DNA of 59,341 bases, the filler included, from Jimgerdemannia flammicorona (taxonomy: Eukaryota), in NCBI GenBank assembly GCA_003990765.1. It is 3 parts of 3 records of this genome, joined end to end, with 100 filler letters (N's around TTAATTAATTAA, not from the genome) between each part and the next. Parts side by side here need not be neighbours in the genome. Positions count along the whole stretch, not along the records: positions 1 to 19,717 come from RBNJ01001867.1; 2 more parts are not named here. One strand, 5' to 3'. The translations under genes and the position numbers were made by a program. This document shows positions 1-13,450 of the stretch, in pieces. Position 1 is the first letter of the stretch. Every line of letters begins with the position of its first letter. The notes below the pieces were generated by a model, which was not told where the DNA came from, made no database searches, and worked only from the letters and a program-made list of their open reading frames with translations.

Positions 1-228
1 CGCTGGGGCCCCGGCTAGCCATCGAGGCCCCTGGCATCCCCAAACCATCTCCCCTCCTCCCCACCTGCTGCCAGCCAAAGGCGCCACCACCTCCCTGGCC
101 AGTACGCTCACCAGATCGATCGTTGCCTTCCATGTTGTTAGTCGCTGTACACCAAAAACGTTGTAGAAAGTGTTGTCTGAGTCTTGTGTAACCTGAATGT
201 TACCGGAGAAAGATGGACAGCCACTGGA

Positions 229-490
229 CCACTATATTGTTCTTCTTACTTTAACTTATATATTTATTTCTTCTAGATAACTAAGTTTAATACTGATTTC
301 TTGCTTGCTCCTTGTATTTGGGTATGACTAGTAGTATTCAATTTTAAATTATTTTCATATTCTATTGATAATTATTTATATCTATTCTTCTAATCTTTTT
401 CTGTTCAAAATAGATAATAATTTCATAGTAGAGCTTCTTATTTATAGTTAATTTACTAGTTAAGAGTCCTTCAGGATATCTATAAGAGAG
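229..490 (-). mobile_element. Inverted fragment of family-A gypsy pol (RNase H/integrase junction)
   Basis: Reverse complement aligns, with small deletions, to ~4831-5135 (e.g. ataaataagaagctctactat; aaagtaagaagaa-aatatagtgg). Confidence 0.75.
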
Positions 491-491
491 T

Positions 492-773
492 GATCTATAC
501 TTGTAGAAAATGACTCACAGAAAATATAATCATAACTTAGCCACCTTATAGCTAGAAAACTTGTATAAATATCCCAGTATCTAGAGTGAATAAACCTCTG
601 ATCAAAATAGTTCAAAGTAAAGAGAAAGCAAAGAAACTAATAAGCCTGTGAGAAGATATACTTTGAACTCATTCAATCCTGTATTCCAAGGACTCTGCAG
701 AGTCAAAGAAGATCAAGTTTTTAAGATACAGAAATTCAATATACTTCCAAGATTAAGTATCTGCTATAATACA
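492..773 (+). repeat. 5' LTR of family-A element (only the 3' part survives)
   Basis: Matches ~6735-7016; ends ...ctgctataataca versus ...ccgctacgttaca. Confidence 0.9.
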
Positions 774-874
774 ACTTGATACCTATTGGCTGGTGATTCA
801 ATATAAATCCCTCACTTTTAAGCTAAATAATAAACAACTACTACCACCTGAACTACTATATAAATTGAACTAAG

Positions 875-3800
875 ATATCTAGACAAGATAGATATAAGAC
901 CACCAGTATTCTATAGTTATACTTCAGATAAGTCAATCATCACCTTTATTGATGATATTGAGTAATATATTACTGTAAGAGATCTGACAGCAAGACAGCA
1001 AGTAACCCTCATGCCCTTTAGTCTCTGTGGACCAGTAAGAGCAGTATTCATAACTGTAATCTATGTAGGAAATGATAATAATACTAGGCTAGCAATATAG
1101 AAGACCTGACTCCAAGCTATATACTATATAGATAAGATCAAGTAGGTACTGAAGGATCAGCTCAACATAATATATCAAGGAATGAGTAAGGATCTAAATA
1201 CATTCTATACCAGAATTCCATATTAGATAATCCTTACAGATTATGCTACCACTATCAGAGATCAAGTAGCTGAAGTAACCTTTATGAAAGAAATCTACCC
1301 AGAGATAGCCCTGGCCATTTACTCATCACCAATAGTCCTGGATCTATTATAGAAGGTCACCTATGCTCAGTAATATTAGATAGCTAGACACCTACAACAC
1401 TATATAATGGAGAGAGTCACTGGAGTCAGAATCAAAGTATCTAAGGTAATCAGTGTGATCTCTACCATAGTTATCAATTGAAACACACCTCAACTAAGAG
1501 CTACTGAACAATAGAGAAATAGTGACCCTATGGAGGAACTCACTAAGCAGTTTGTCAAAATGACTGCCCATCTAGGAGACATGGTAAAGAAAATCAGAGG
1601 AAGAGACCACCACCCTATTCAGAAGTTTGTTACAACTTCAGACAAGAAGAGAGATGCCTACTACACTTATGGAAAAGAAGGCCACTATTCCTATGAATGT
1701 ATAAGTAAAACCAAGTACAAGGTATAGCCAAGCAATACTACTCAAAATAAAGAATAGGCTAATATCATCACCTTTGAGAATATTGGAGAATCAGATGAAG
1801 AGGAATGGGAGATCTACTCTGCACAGACTACCAAGAAGGTTGTCTACAAAGAACCCTACAAGAAACCACCAGGGAGATCCAAGAAGAATTCTGTAAAAAA
1901 GCAGATAGAGACTGCTATAGAAAGTCAAGGTAAAGAAATAGATCAAGATATGGAACTATGTAAAACAGGCTGTTCAAGATATTATCTGAGAAACCACTCT
2001 AGCCAGTGAAGGAGAAAAGAAGAAGAAGCTTTACAAAACCAAGACCTTCAAATATAATATCTTCAAGGACTTCAGTCAATGAAAAGTCAATGCAACCTTC
2101 AGTCCAGCTGGCAGAATTTAGACAGAAAGTGAGATATGGACTTACTGAAACAATCAAGAAGCAAAGATTGAAGATAATGGAGGCCAATAATGTTCAAAAG
2201 GACTCAGGAGAAGAAAGCAAAGATAACCATAAGACCTCTGCCTATACAACTTGTCAAATTGAGAATAGAGTCTTTGAGGCTATCATTAATATAAGAGCAG
2301 GAGGATACCTCCTCAGTAAGAAAGCAGCAGACTACCTAGGTTGGAAAGTTGAAGAAGTAATCAAATTGGTATTTATTATAGCAGATGGTATAAGAGCCAT
2401 ACTTCTGAGAAAGATCTGAGATATTCCCATCAAGTTTAGAGGAGCAATTATTCCAGTAAATGTAATCATGACCAATGCAACCAACTATGACATTCTCATC
2501 AGCAATCAGTGGCTTCATAAAGCTAAGGCAATAATTGATCTAAATGCTTAGAAGATGTAGATTATCTACTATAGACAGAAGATGCAAATTTCTATCAATA
2601 TCAATAAAGGAGTCCTATCTGAGATAAAGAAAGAAGACAATGAACAAGAAGAAGTCTACATAGTGACAACTCAGAAAAAGAAGAAGAAAATCAAATGGAT
2701 GAGCAAAGAAGACTGATACAAGATTATAGAAGGATACATATGCACTATAAGGAGTCTGCCCCCATTGAATCCAAATATACTATATAGAGTATGTCAATGA
2801 TTATTACCAGTATACTGACAAAATCAAGAAGATTTATTACTAAAGAAGAGAAAAGGCCCTTGAGAAACAGATAAGAGAAGAAAAGAGAATGAAGAAAGAA
2901 GAGGATGACAAACCACCAGCTCTCCTTGAAGACAGTAATGATGAAGAGAAAATCAAGATCAAGATTCAGAAGATTTATCCTGATACAGTCTTCAGAATAT
3001 AAGTCAGAAAATATAGCTGGAATGGATATTTCCACAGTATAGGAAACTGTACTCAAATCTCAGACAACCACCCTACTGGCAACTGAACTGGAGATGACCA
3101 TTCCAAAGGACTATATTAGAATTCTCAAGACAAGAAGCAGCTTAGCTAGGAGTGAAATCACAATTGAAGGAAGAGTCATCAATTTAGATTATATAGGAGA
3201 AATACTACTTATTGTGAGGAACCACAATTCTACAATTCTATTTCCAATTAAAAAGAAGGACTAACTAGCACAGATGTTGATATTTCCAATTCTTCAGCCA
3301 AGGATCATGGAAGTCAAGAAGTTGGAGGAAACAAAAAGAGATAGGAAAGGATTCAGATCTACAGGAAGAGGAGTATTCACCAGTATCAAGATCACTGAGC
3401 TGGAGCACAAGAAGGAGGAAACTAGAAATAAGTATAGCTATACTATTGAAAATAAATTCCTACTCAAAATGGAGCTCAAGAAAATACTCTTCAAATTTGA
3501 GGATATCCTTACTATAGACTTCAAAGATATCAAAGAAAAAATTCCACATTACTATCATGATGTAGATACTGGAGATATCAAACCAATTTATTTACTAGAA
3601 GATAAGACCTGTTCTGCCAGTCTACTGAGAATGGCTCAGAGAAGAAATCAAGCAGATGGAAGAAGCTGGTATCATTAAGAAAGCCAGTAGCTTCTGGTCT
3701 TCACCAGTTGTACTAGCTCCAAAGAAAGGAAGCAAGTCTGGAGAATTTACCCCAAGACTCTATATTGATTATAGAAAGCTCAATATAGTCATCAAGAAGG

Positions 3801-6099
3801 ATCACCAACTACTGCCCCTCATCAGTAACATTCTTATAACTCTGAGAGACAAAGTATAGTACTATAGTACCTTGGATCTATACTCAGGATTCCACCAAAT
3901 TGGACTCACAGAAATAGTAAGCAAGAAATCAGCCTTCATTACTCTAGATGGAACCTATGTATGTTTACCTACAAATGCTATTTGGAATATACAATGTACC
4001 AGTATGTTTCTAGCAAATAATGAACAAAATCTTCCAATTTGATATGGGAAGATAGATGATGATTTATGTGAATGATATGATTATTTACAGCCAGATACTA
4101 GAGGAATATCTGCAGCACATCTAGTAGATAATAGAAAAGCTGAGAAAGTATAGTCTGTACATTAAGCCCAAGAAATACAAATTTGTAGAAATTGAGATCT
4201 CCTATCTTGGCCACATAATTGACCAATATGGAACATATACTGACCCTCTCAAGATATAAGTAGTAGTAGCATACCCAAGGCTTACTACTGTTACTAAAAT
4301 CCAATCCTTCATAGGACTTGTCTTATACTACTGTCAATTTATCAGAAGATTCTCTAATATCACAGGTCTAATCTATGAACTCAATAAGAAGAATACAAAG
4401 TTCTAATAGACTGGCAGACAACAAAAGTATTTGATAAGCTTAAGGTCAGATTGACCCAGGTACCCATCCTCAGAAGACCTGATTGGACTTAAGAATTCAT
4501 CTTGCAGACAGATACAAGCACCCAAAGACTAGGAGCAGTTCTAGCTCAAAAGAAAGATAAAGTGGAGTATGTTATTGCATATCTAAGCCAAGGAACCTGA
4601 GGAGCCTAAAAAGAATATGAATCCTACAAATTGGAATGTCTTGCAGTTATCTGGGCTATAGAGAAGTTCCACTACTATCTTACCAGAAGATACTTCATTA
4701 TTTAGACAGACTACTCAGCCCTTACTTAACTCCTGACCATAGGACAACCCAAAGGAATCTATGCCAAATAGATCATGAAGTTACAAGCATATGATATAAC
4801 TATTATACACTGTCCAGTTAATACAGATACTCTCTCATAGATACTCTGAAGGACCTCCAACCAGTAAATCAATCATAAATAAGAAGCTCTACTATAGAAT
4901 CATTACTTATCTGGAACAGCAAAAGATGCCCCAACATCTGAAAGAATGGATACAAACAATTATCAACAAAATATGGAAACATTTCGAAACCAATGGAGAA
5001 ATATTTAAGAAAGGAAAGCTACTAGTTATACAAGAATATAAGAAAGAGCAAGCAATGAAATCAGTACACAAATTTAGCCATCTAGGAGGAATAAGTATAT
5101 ATGATAAAGTAAGAAGAATAATATAGTGGCCAGGAATGGAGAAAGATATTAGATGATTTGTTAAGACCTGTGACAAATGTCAGAAATAGAAATAAGATCA
5201 ATAAAATTAAGCCTCAGAATCAGCACACATAGAATCAGTACTATTTGCCCACATTGTAATAAATGTAATTGGTCCTCTACCCTTGACTTTAACTGAGAAC
5301 TAATATATCATTGTCATTATAGATCTTTTCATGAAATAGATAGAGACCAGATCTCTTAAGAAAGCTAATGTATAGTTAATTACTAATTTCTTTTATAAAG
5401 AAATTATCTGCTGGTTCAAGATCCCAATACAAGTAATCACAGACAGAGGAATAGAATTTGTAAATCAGTTCTTTGAGGTTCTCTATAAGAAGTATAAGAT
5501 CCAGCATATTCAGACCACAGCATCCATCCTTAAGGAAATGGACAAGCAGAAAGAACCAATAAGACTCTTAAGAATGTTATCACCAAGATCTGCAATAACT
5601 ACAAAACCTGAAATCACTATCTGCCAATAGTATTATCTGCTCTCTAGGATATTTGATCATAAAGTACCCATTTCACCTTTTAGAAAATACTATTTGGAGA
5701 AGAAAGTTCTCAAGAAACTCTATTATCTAATGAGAATACTGTATGAAAATATGTGGATAGAGAAATATGGAGACTATATCAAATCAGGAAGAAGGCGAGG
5801 ATTATATAACCAAGGTGCAAGCACTATAGTAGAATAATGTGAAAAAGGTTTATAAGTTCCTAGAGATTATTAAGATAGAAGACAAGGTCCTGGTATATTG
5901 GAATATAGTAGAAGCTTCATGGTCACAAAAACTGGAGCCTAAGTGGAAAGGATCTTACCTTGTGCAAGATATAAAAGGAACCACCTTTTGGCTATGAAAA
6001 CTCTCAGACACAATCATCCCTACTACTATTCACTAAAATCAACTCAAGAAGTATCATGACCAGTCAACAAAGTATAGCCACAGCTCTCAAGATCACTAG
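875..6099 (+). pseudogene. gag-pol polyprotein pseudogene of family-A element (start approximate)
   Basis: Domain motifs recognisable through many in-frame stops and a few frameshifts; ORF-track pieces 1530, 2006, 3274, 3656 and 4926 are fragments of it. Confidence 0.9.
2976..3366 (+). pseudogene. dUTPase domain inside family-A pol (between protease and RT)
   Basis: All five trimeric dUTPase motifs readable in decayed form: AGMDI, RSSLA, GRVINLDYIGEI, LAQMLI, KRDRKGFRSTG. Confidence 0.88.
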
Positions 6100-6580
6100 T
6101 GCTATACAATGAGTCATAGAAAGACAATGGTATACTATTGAGCTGCCTATGATAGAGGAATCCTTTGACAGTATCCAAAGCATAGTATAGACACATCTGT
6201 TATGAATTTCACACTTTAAGACCAACCAGAATTGAACAGAGCTTCAAGAATACTTCAAGTTAGAATAGTTACTAAACTTGCAGTCAGAGATAACAAAAGA
6301 AGATTGGATCAGAGAGTACTAGCTCTCCCACATTCAGATTACTATTACTAAATAAGTGTATAAGTTATTTAACAAGGATGAACCAGCCTTAGCTCACCTT
6401 TGGGAAGTGGTTCCAGGAGACTTCACATAAGTCAGAAGGCATCATTGGGAGATTGTGATAATACAGATTGCATAGTACAAAGAGATACAGATTATAGAGG
6501 CTTGGGAGTTTGAGTGAATAGGGTATTTCAGAGATGAATCACCTATTCAGGAGGAAGTTGTGATGGTTGATCTGAATTAG
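6056..6580 (+). pseudogene. Extra ORF3 after pol in family A, running into the 3' LTR; homologous to the LTR-encoded ORF of families B/C
   Basis: ATG overlaps the pol end; ~175 codons in one frame with scattered stops; contains ELQEYFKLE*LL and TK*VYKLFNKDEPALAHLWEVVPGDF, which aligns ungapped with the LTR-B ORF. Confidence 0.7.
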
Positions 6581-7016
6581 CAACATGAATCAGGGGAATA
6601 GACATTTGATCATGGTACCTGAATCTGATTCCCAAATATAGTATAGCCTTACAAATAGCAGCCATATTTTCACAAATGTAAAAATTCTACAGATGTAGAA
6701 TCTTCATAATTATAGAGATTTCACAGATGTAGAGGATCTATACTTGTTGAAAATGACTCACAGGAAACATAGTCATAACTTAGCCACCTTATAGCTAGCA
6801 AACTTTTATAAATATCCCAGTATCTAGAGTGAATAAACCTCAGATCAAAATAGTTCAAAGCAAAGAGAAAGCAAAGGAACTAGTAAGCCTGTGGGCAGAT
6901 ACACTTCAAACTCACCCACCCCTGCATTCTGAGGACTCGGCAGAGACAAAGAAGATCAAGTTTTCAAGATACAGAAATCTGACATACTTCCAAGGTTAAG
7001 TGTCCGCTACGTTACA
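6559..7016 (+). repeat. 3' LTR of family-A element (458 bp, TG...CA)
   Basis: Starts tgtgatgg after the PPT and ends gttaca; same boundaries as the solo copy at 30182-30644; contains TATAAATA and AATAAA. Confidence 0.92.
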
Positions 7017-10000
7017 ATGTATAACGTTGTAACGGAACCTGTTAAGCGTGAAAAATGACCCTGCAACGATATTCACCATAATTCCCATGAATCCGCTCGA
7101 TCCTCTAGAGACCCCTTTTAAGAGTCTGATAAAGGCGTTTTCTCAAGGAGCCTTTGGGAAAAATCAGGCGTAAATGTCGCGACTACCGAAAAAACGTCCG
7201 TTCAGGTCGGCCACGGAAGCTTCAGTATAAGAACATGACAGAAATGCATATGGATTCGAAGTCGGGGAGATTTCCATTGGAGACCTGGAGGTATTGCGCA
7301 GGTAGATGAGATTAAAATCGCTAAATATGATCAAGGATTGGACGGAATGCAAAGTAGGAAAATCGTGGATTGAATCGAATGCCAAATGGGAAAATCATGA
7401 ATTGAGTGATCCAAAATAGAAAAGCCAGTAAGGAATGCTACGGACCGAAAAATCAACCTTGGCGTACACTTTCCCAATAAAAGGACTTTCGTATTAACTT
7501 TTCCGTGACAACCAGGTTCAAAGGCGCCCGGCTTGGTGACGAAGAGGTCACAAAAGATGGCGATGCTGTTGGATTAACAATGACACTCCGTCTAATAAAC
7601 CTGGAGCGCTTCCCTAATCATGTAAAGCGGAATGTGAGCAACTCTTAAATCTTTCCAAAAAAGTAACTGCCGCCACCGTCTTCACTTGTCAACAAAACAA
7701 ACCTCCCGGATTCTAGCACCACGGGTTTCCCTCTCATCCTCGCCCTCGGCATCCTCGTCCACGGATTCCGCAAGGTTGATCACCTGAGCCGTGCTTGCTG
7801 GCGAGGCGGATGGTAGGACCTATGGCGGTGGAGGCGGTGCCGCGGATATCTTCTACGTATGAGAATAAATGCTCAGTTCATATAAGGCCAGCAGCGGAAA
7901 TTGACCATAATAACTGCACAGGGTGTACAGGCGCGAGAAATACAGAGTGGACGTGGAGAGATTAAAGCGGGAACAAACCCGATGCCAGGCGGTCGCAGTG
8001 TGAGCGTGAGAAGAGATCATGTGTGAATGGCGGACCAGACATTAAGGGGCCTTAGCATGAAAGTGGTGGACAAGAACATTACCCCTCATTGACAGCAAAG
8101 GACGGAAAGTTGAGGTTCCGGACAGAGACAAATAATCCCTACTATAGTTGTGACCTCGTGAGGTTAGTTGCGTAGTAGCGTATCGCTCTGAAAGTCCATC
8201 ACAAACAAGTGTCTTCGTCACTGTCGTCTTCGTCGTAGTCGCGTCTTCGTCGTCGCTCTTTGGTGAGGTATTAATTTCGGTGATGACGTCCTGCGCGTGG
8301 CACCACTCTGAAATTATCTGGTTATAAATGTTTGGGAGTCATACCAAAACAAGAAAATATCTCTAGTGGTCTAGTGGAAAAACAGTTCCCTGTGAGCTTA
8401 ATATGCCGGGCCTCGAGCTCGCTTTGTGGTCGCTTTACAGTTCTGAGTCTCCAGCAGAAGCTAGCGCCGAGACTTTTGCCATGCATATATTTGTAAGATA
8501 AACTGACAGCCGAACATAAAAGACCCTTATTTAGTGCTTTAAAGGGTATATTTGATTTATGAATTGGGGATAAGATATTTCTTTTAAAAAAAAATAAAAA
8601 AATAAAAAATTATATACTCCATGTCCCCATGACTCAGTGTCAATAGTCACCAATCACTTCTTTGCTTGTGCCTTGCCATAGGGTTGATGGTAGATGGAGG
8701 AAGATACTTCATACCACTTTACAGTACATCAGAAGACAGAACAAAAATTTATTTGTAATGTGCAAATTAAACTTAAAAGTTCAGGGTTTGGATTCACTCA
8801 ATCTCAACTGCCTTCCGGGATGGGCTTCATAAGAAAATACCAGTGTGGGCACAAAAGCCACACTGGTGCATCTACATGTCGGGCAAAGGTGGGCAATCAT
8901 GGCACTATTGTTCTTGATCACAACAGGTTTTGTAAACAAATGATTTCTCGAGAAAGTGACACATAATTAATTGGCACAGTAGTTGGACTTCAAGTTGGTT
9001 TGCATAGTTGCGCATGCATTCTAGATGGATCTCAATCTCGATTACCTCCCACAGTTGGCTTTTTCACATCTGGAGCATGGCTATTTAAATAATTTCGTCT
9101 CATTTAACCGTTCCTGTTATTATCGGACAATTTTAATTTCCGCAATTGTTCTGTTTGCATATGATGCATCGGAAGATCCTCTTGGCTAAAGTGTGCGTGT
9201 TTTCTTTAGGGTTGTGGGGAATCGCGGTATGCATCTATTCTATGCCACAGAGTTGCTACACATGGTAGAAATTTAGGCGGCTGGGATCGGTTTTTTCAGT
9301 TCGCTAAAAGTGCTTTTAAATATTCGCGCTCCCGCGATTTCCCAACAAACACAACAGATACTTCTTTCCGTCATGATGAGGCCTTGGTCATGGTATCTTT
9401 TGTGGCCAATATATCCATTAATTTATTGCCACAATATGAAACTCGCATACTATCTCTTATATCTTTTTATGATTTTTATACACAAGTTACTTATAAAATT
9501 AAATTTTTTGTTTTTTGTTTTTTGGAAAAAGTAATATTTCCAGATTTTCTTTTATTAATTCAAAGTTTTTATAATTAAAAAAATTTTTTGTGCAAATTTT
9601 AATATTAAACAAACCAATTGATATCTCAACACATTTGTCAAAAAATGGTTAACACTCATGTAGCAAGTTAGTTACATTGAAAGGCCCCATTCCTCTGTAA
9701 TTTCGGCTCTGCATTTGCTTCCTATTTTGGATGAGCCACGAAGTCAAGACTGACCATGAATGCGCATCCTTTATGTCGATGCTAAAATTTGAGATATCCT
9801 GAAGGAGAATTACAAAACTTTGGAACCGAAGTCGGCATCCTTTTATTGCATCACAGCGGCGGAGGTACCTTTGGATTTAAAAATCAAACTGCCAAATGTC
9901 TCAAAGGTCGGGCATATGTGCACATTGCTAAATTTGGGGGTGAAACAGGATACAAAACATAGAACGAGGAGCAAGTGTTTTCGTATAATATTGTTATATG

Positions 10001-13000
10001 AATTTCGTGATTAGTCAAGTTATATTAAAATGTGAGAACATTCATGACATCTAGACATGGACTGCATATTGCCGTTGCACGTGTTTAGTGTAAAAGGCGA
10101 TAAAGAAAAATTTCTCTCTGAATCAGATTATGCTCTCTGGACCATGATGAAACTATACCAGACTATGTCCGAAGAGATAGTGAGGTTCCTGAAAGCGACT
10201 CGATTAACGTTTTTTCAGATGAAATCTCTTCCATCTGGCACACCATTATAACATTTAAACAGATCATGCACAGTAGGCAAGGTGTTTGCGGGGTTTGTAT
10301 ACTGGATTATTCAGGGTTGAAGTTTTTGGGCCAATTCCTGTATTTGTATTATTACCATGGCGCAACAGTCCTTACATAGTGTTTACAACATGAGACTTGT
10401 CCTGTTCAAACACGGCAACATGAGCAGTTATATGAATGCATACTAGCGAATGGGTGGTCAGTGGTGTACTCATAGTTAAGGTGTTTACACCACTTCATGT
10501 CCATTGGTTATGTTTGAATGCGTCTAGCGAATATGCTAGCGAATTCCTATTCACGTTTGTGCCATCATGCAGTGTGCTATGCGTGTTAGAAAATGTATGT
10601 ATTAATTATTAGGGTATTTACACCAATTTATACGCTGCTATCTAAACAAGATAAACAAGACAACACATCAGAATGCTTCAGTTGTTCATAACACCATGTC
10701 CGTATCCGTGGAGCTTTTACAAACCTTTTTAGAAACTATGCAACAGATTTACCAATCAGCCAAATAGGGCTGTCAGCTCGGAAGCCGCGCTGGCGCGTGT
10801 GACCCATATTAGTCGTTATGTCGGGAAAAATAATATTCGTGTGACTACAACGATGGGACAAACCGACGGCTTGGCTCTGAAATTATAGTTTGCATCCAAA
10901 GTTCGCAATTTAATTTCCGCAAACAAACCTTAAAGCAACCAAATAGAGAACAAGAAGTAAATAACGACCAGATCGCCTGTTCTGGAATTCTGCCAGTAGC
11001 AATAGGCTCGTCGACGACGGGTATTCAGTCCGGAGGCTGCAGGTATGGAGGCGGTGGGATCCAGGGCAGCAGGTGTATCGACTCGTCTGCGTCGCCCACA
11101 AAACGTGTGTTACAGCCCCTGACTTCAACACCGTTACACTTCTGCTTCCACGTTACACTGTAGCCACGTTTCACTGCCGCAGCCACATTTGTGATACCTG
11201 ATATTTTTGCACCGCCCAAATGGCTGGAAATGGCTGGGAGGCTCTTCACAACTAGCAACTATGGATGCTGGAGAATGAGATGGCAATGTTGAAAGAAATG
11301 CAGAGCCACCTGAACTCTGCGAATGCTCAGACTTCCATGATCGATGCATTCCTACCTCTCTGGCTACAATTCATTAATGCCCTCGATATCTATACAGGAA
11401 AGTTAACGTTCGAAGAATCCCAAATTGAGTACCCGATAAATAGGATAGTAGACCTACCCCATTTCAGAACACGGCACCAAGCGTGTGACGTACTCCTATT
11501 TTTTTTGTTTCGCACGTACACGCACACACACTCGCACATTCATACACTATGTCCAACATGAAGCGCAACCCCTCAAAAGCACCAGGAGGATCCGCGCCTC
11601 CCTACCTCATCCCCGGTAATGGTTCGGTGGCGCTAAGTCATTACAGCGTCAATGACAGCCCAGTCACGTATTGTTTCACCCACCAACTTTCCTGTTATTG
11701 GCTCACCCAGTTGCGGAATGCACAATGTCGGTTGATGTCGGAACGATTTGAAACTAGGGGAGAACACGTATTTGTAAACATAGTAGCCGGAGTTTGTGGA
11801 TTAATTACATTCAACCCGTCTTCACCCTCATTTATTATTATTATTATTTAAACCCCCTCCCCATCCCGAAGTGCATACCACGAGGACTAATGCGCAACAG
11901 ACGAGGAATATGCCTATATTTATGCATCCTGACATTGTTATTTTCGCACTACCCTCGACTTGACCAACAAACTTACACGAGTTTTATTCCGCTGAGGTTC
12001 CGGTCCGCACATCATTATATATGTCTACTCTACTTTCAGCACTTTAGAAGATGTATGATGATACGAGGATGCGTTCGAGCATATATTATTTGGTCTGTCT
12101 CCTTCTGTACCTTTAACAGAGAAATCAAGTGGATGAGAATAGTCCGAATAACTTATATCGGGATACATATAAATAATGAGCAATCGGCAGGGCATTTTTG
12201 TGCGCTATTGGGAAAAATAAAATGCCATAAAAAACTGCTATTCCACCTTGTTTCCTCATTGTTAACGGCATCAGAGGAACACCTAAAATGTATACACATA
12301 ATTTTTGGTTATAAACTTAAAAAAAAAAGCCCAAATATCATGTGTCCCATTTCTACATTTTTCTTAGATCAGGATTTTAGGCTTTTTGTCACGTTTCAGT
12401 ATACTCCCTATTAGTCGCTAGTTGCTCAACTGTGATCCTCTTATCTTAGGAATGGATGAGATTCGGAGCAGCCTGCCGGATATTCCATATGTAATTGTGA
12501 CCTGCTAACTGGAGCAATGGCATGAGAAAAAAAATATTGTGTCATGTCAAATGTTTTTATATCACTAATCTGGACATTCAGATAGGAGATGGCACATATT
12601 TTAGAATGGATTGTAAATGGATAATAATTACCTATGTTAAAATAGCATGAGTGAGCTACATCTAGTACGGTTGAGTGAGCAAATGAGAGTTACCTTACTG
12701 AAGTCCCATTTTGGGACGATCACCGCTCAATTATTTCGGAGCGGGCGGACCGATTGCCTGTTGTTACAAAGCACCCACTATCAATGAACAATGCTGCCAG
12801 GCCTTACACTTGCCATTGGTGACACCTTGATCGAGAATGGAAGAGATAACCGAGGATGAAATGGCGGAAGAGGCACAGTCCTGGACGCATTACGGCATTG
12901 CCGTCCTGCTGTGTGATTCAGGGAGGCTCTCGGTGATCGGTCTAGTCCCAAAGTGGCAGTGATGGTGGTTGCGCAGCAGACCGTGTAACCTCGATGAGAG

Positions 13001-13450
13001 ATACAGTCTCCCGATACAATGGCGCAGCTAAAGTCGAGCGCGTCAGAGAAATAACTGAATACCGAAGTCGTCGAAAAACCTATCGAGATGGGAGTAGTTC
13101 CGGAAGAATTTTCATTCGGGAGGATGAGCTGAAAGCCAGTGGCGAAGGTTTCTTTGTGTGAGGCCAAAAATATGTGTGGATGAACATAAGGCATTCCATA
13201 GTAAGTCTAATTCCAGAATAGGCGACCCGGTCGTCAATTATTTTTTTGGACAAACGTTATACAAAGTTAATTGTATTGCCCGGTGCCACAAGAGGTTGTA
13301 GCCGGCGATTTCATTTGCCGAAATTATATCAACAATTTTAGGCATGACAGTGTGGCAACCTGTCGGCAGAACTGTATGGCGCGTACCATAAAAGACCCAA
13401 CCCCATTAGGCTTGATGCCATCCTTTGTCTAAGAAACCACACCTTCCATC

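Larger units (their letters stand above)
492..7016 (+). mobile_element. Degenerate Ty3/gypsy LTR retrotransposon, family A (gag-PR-dUTPase-RT-RNaseH-IN-ORF3)
   Basis: Direct terminal repeats 492-773 and 6559-7016. Zinc knuckle YYTYGKEGHYSYEC ~1660-1700; protease FEAIINIRAG ~2272 (decayed DTG); RT SSFWSSPVVLAPKK..RLYIDYRKLN ~3686-3785 and YVND ~4065; RNase H FILQTDTS ~4496; integrase with WKGSY (GPY) ~5944. Integrase follows RT/RNase H, the gypsy order. Polypurine tract aggaggaag precedes 6559. Confidence 0.95.

Noticed and set aside
11794..12414. 206-aa ORF
   Set aside because: Non-ATG start, low-complexity composition and no motif; likely a chance frame.
7017..12500. Several short ORFs and recurring gtgtttacac/ctagcgaat words (~10280-10630)
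   Set aside because: No recognisable domain, terminal repeats or consistent gene model.
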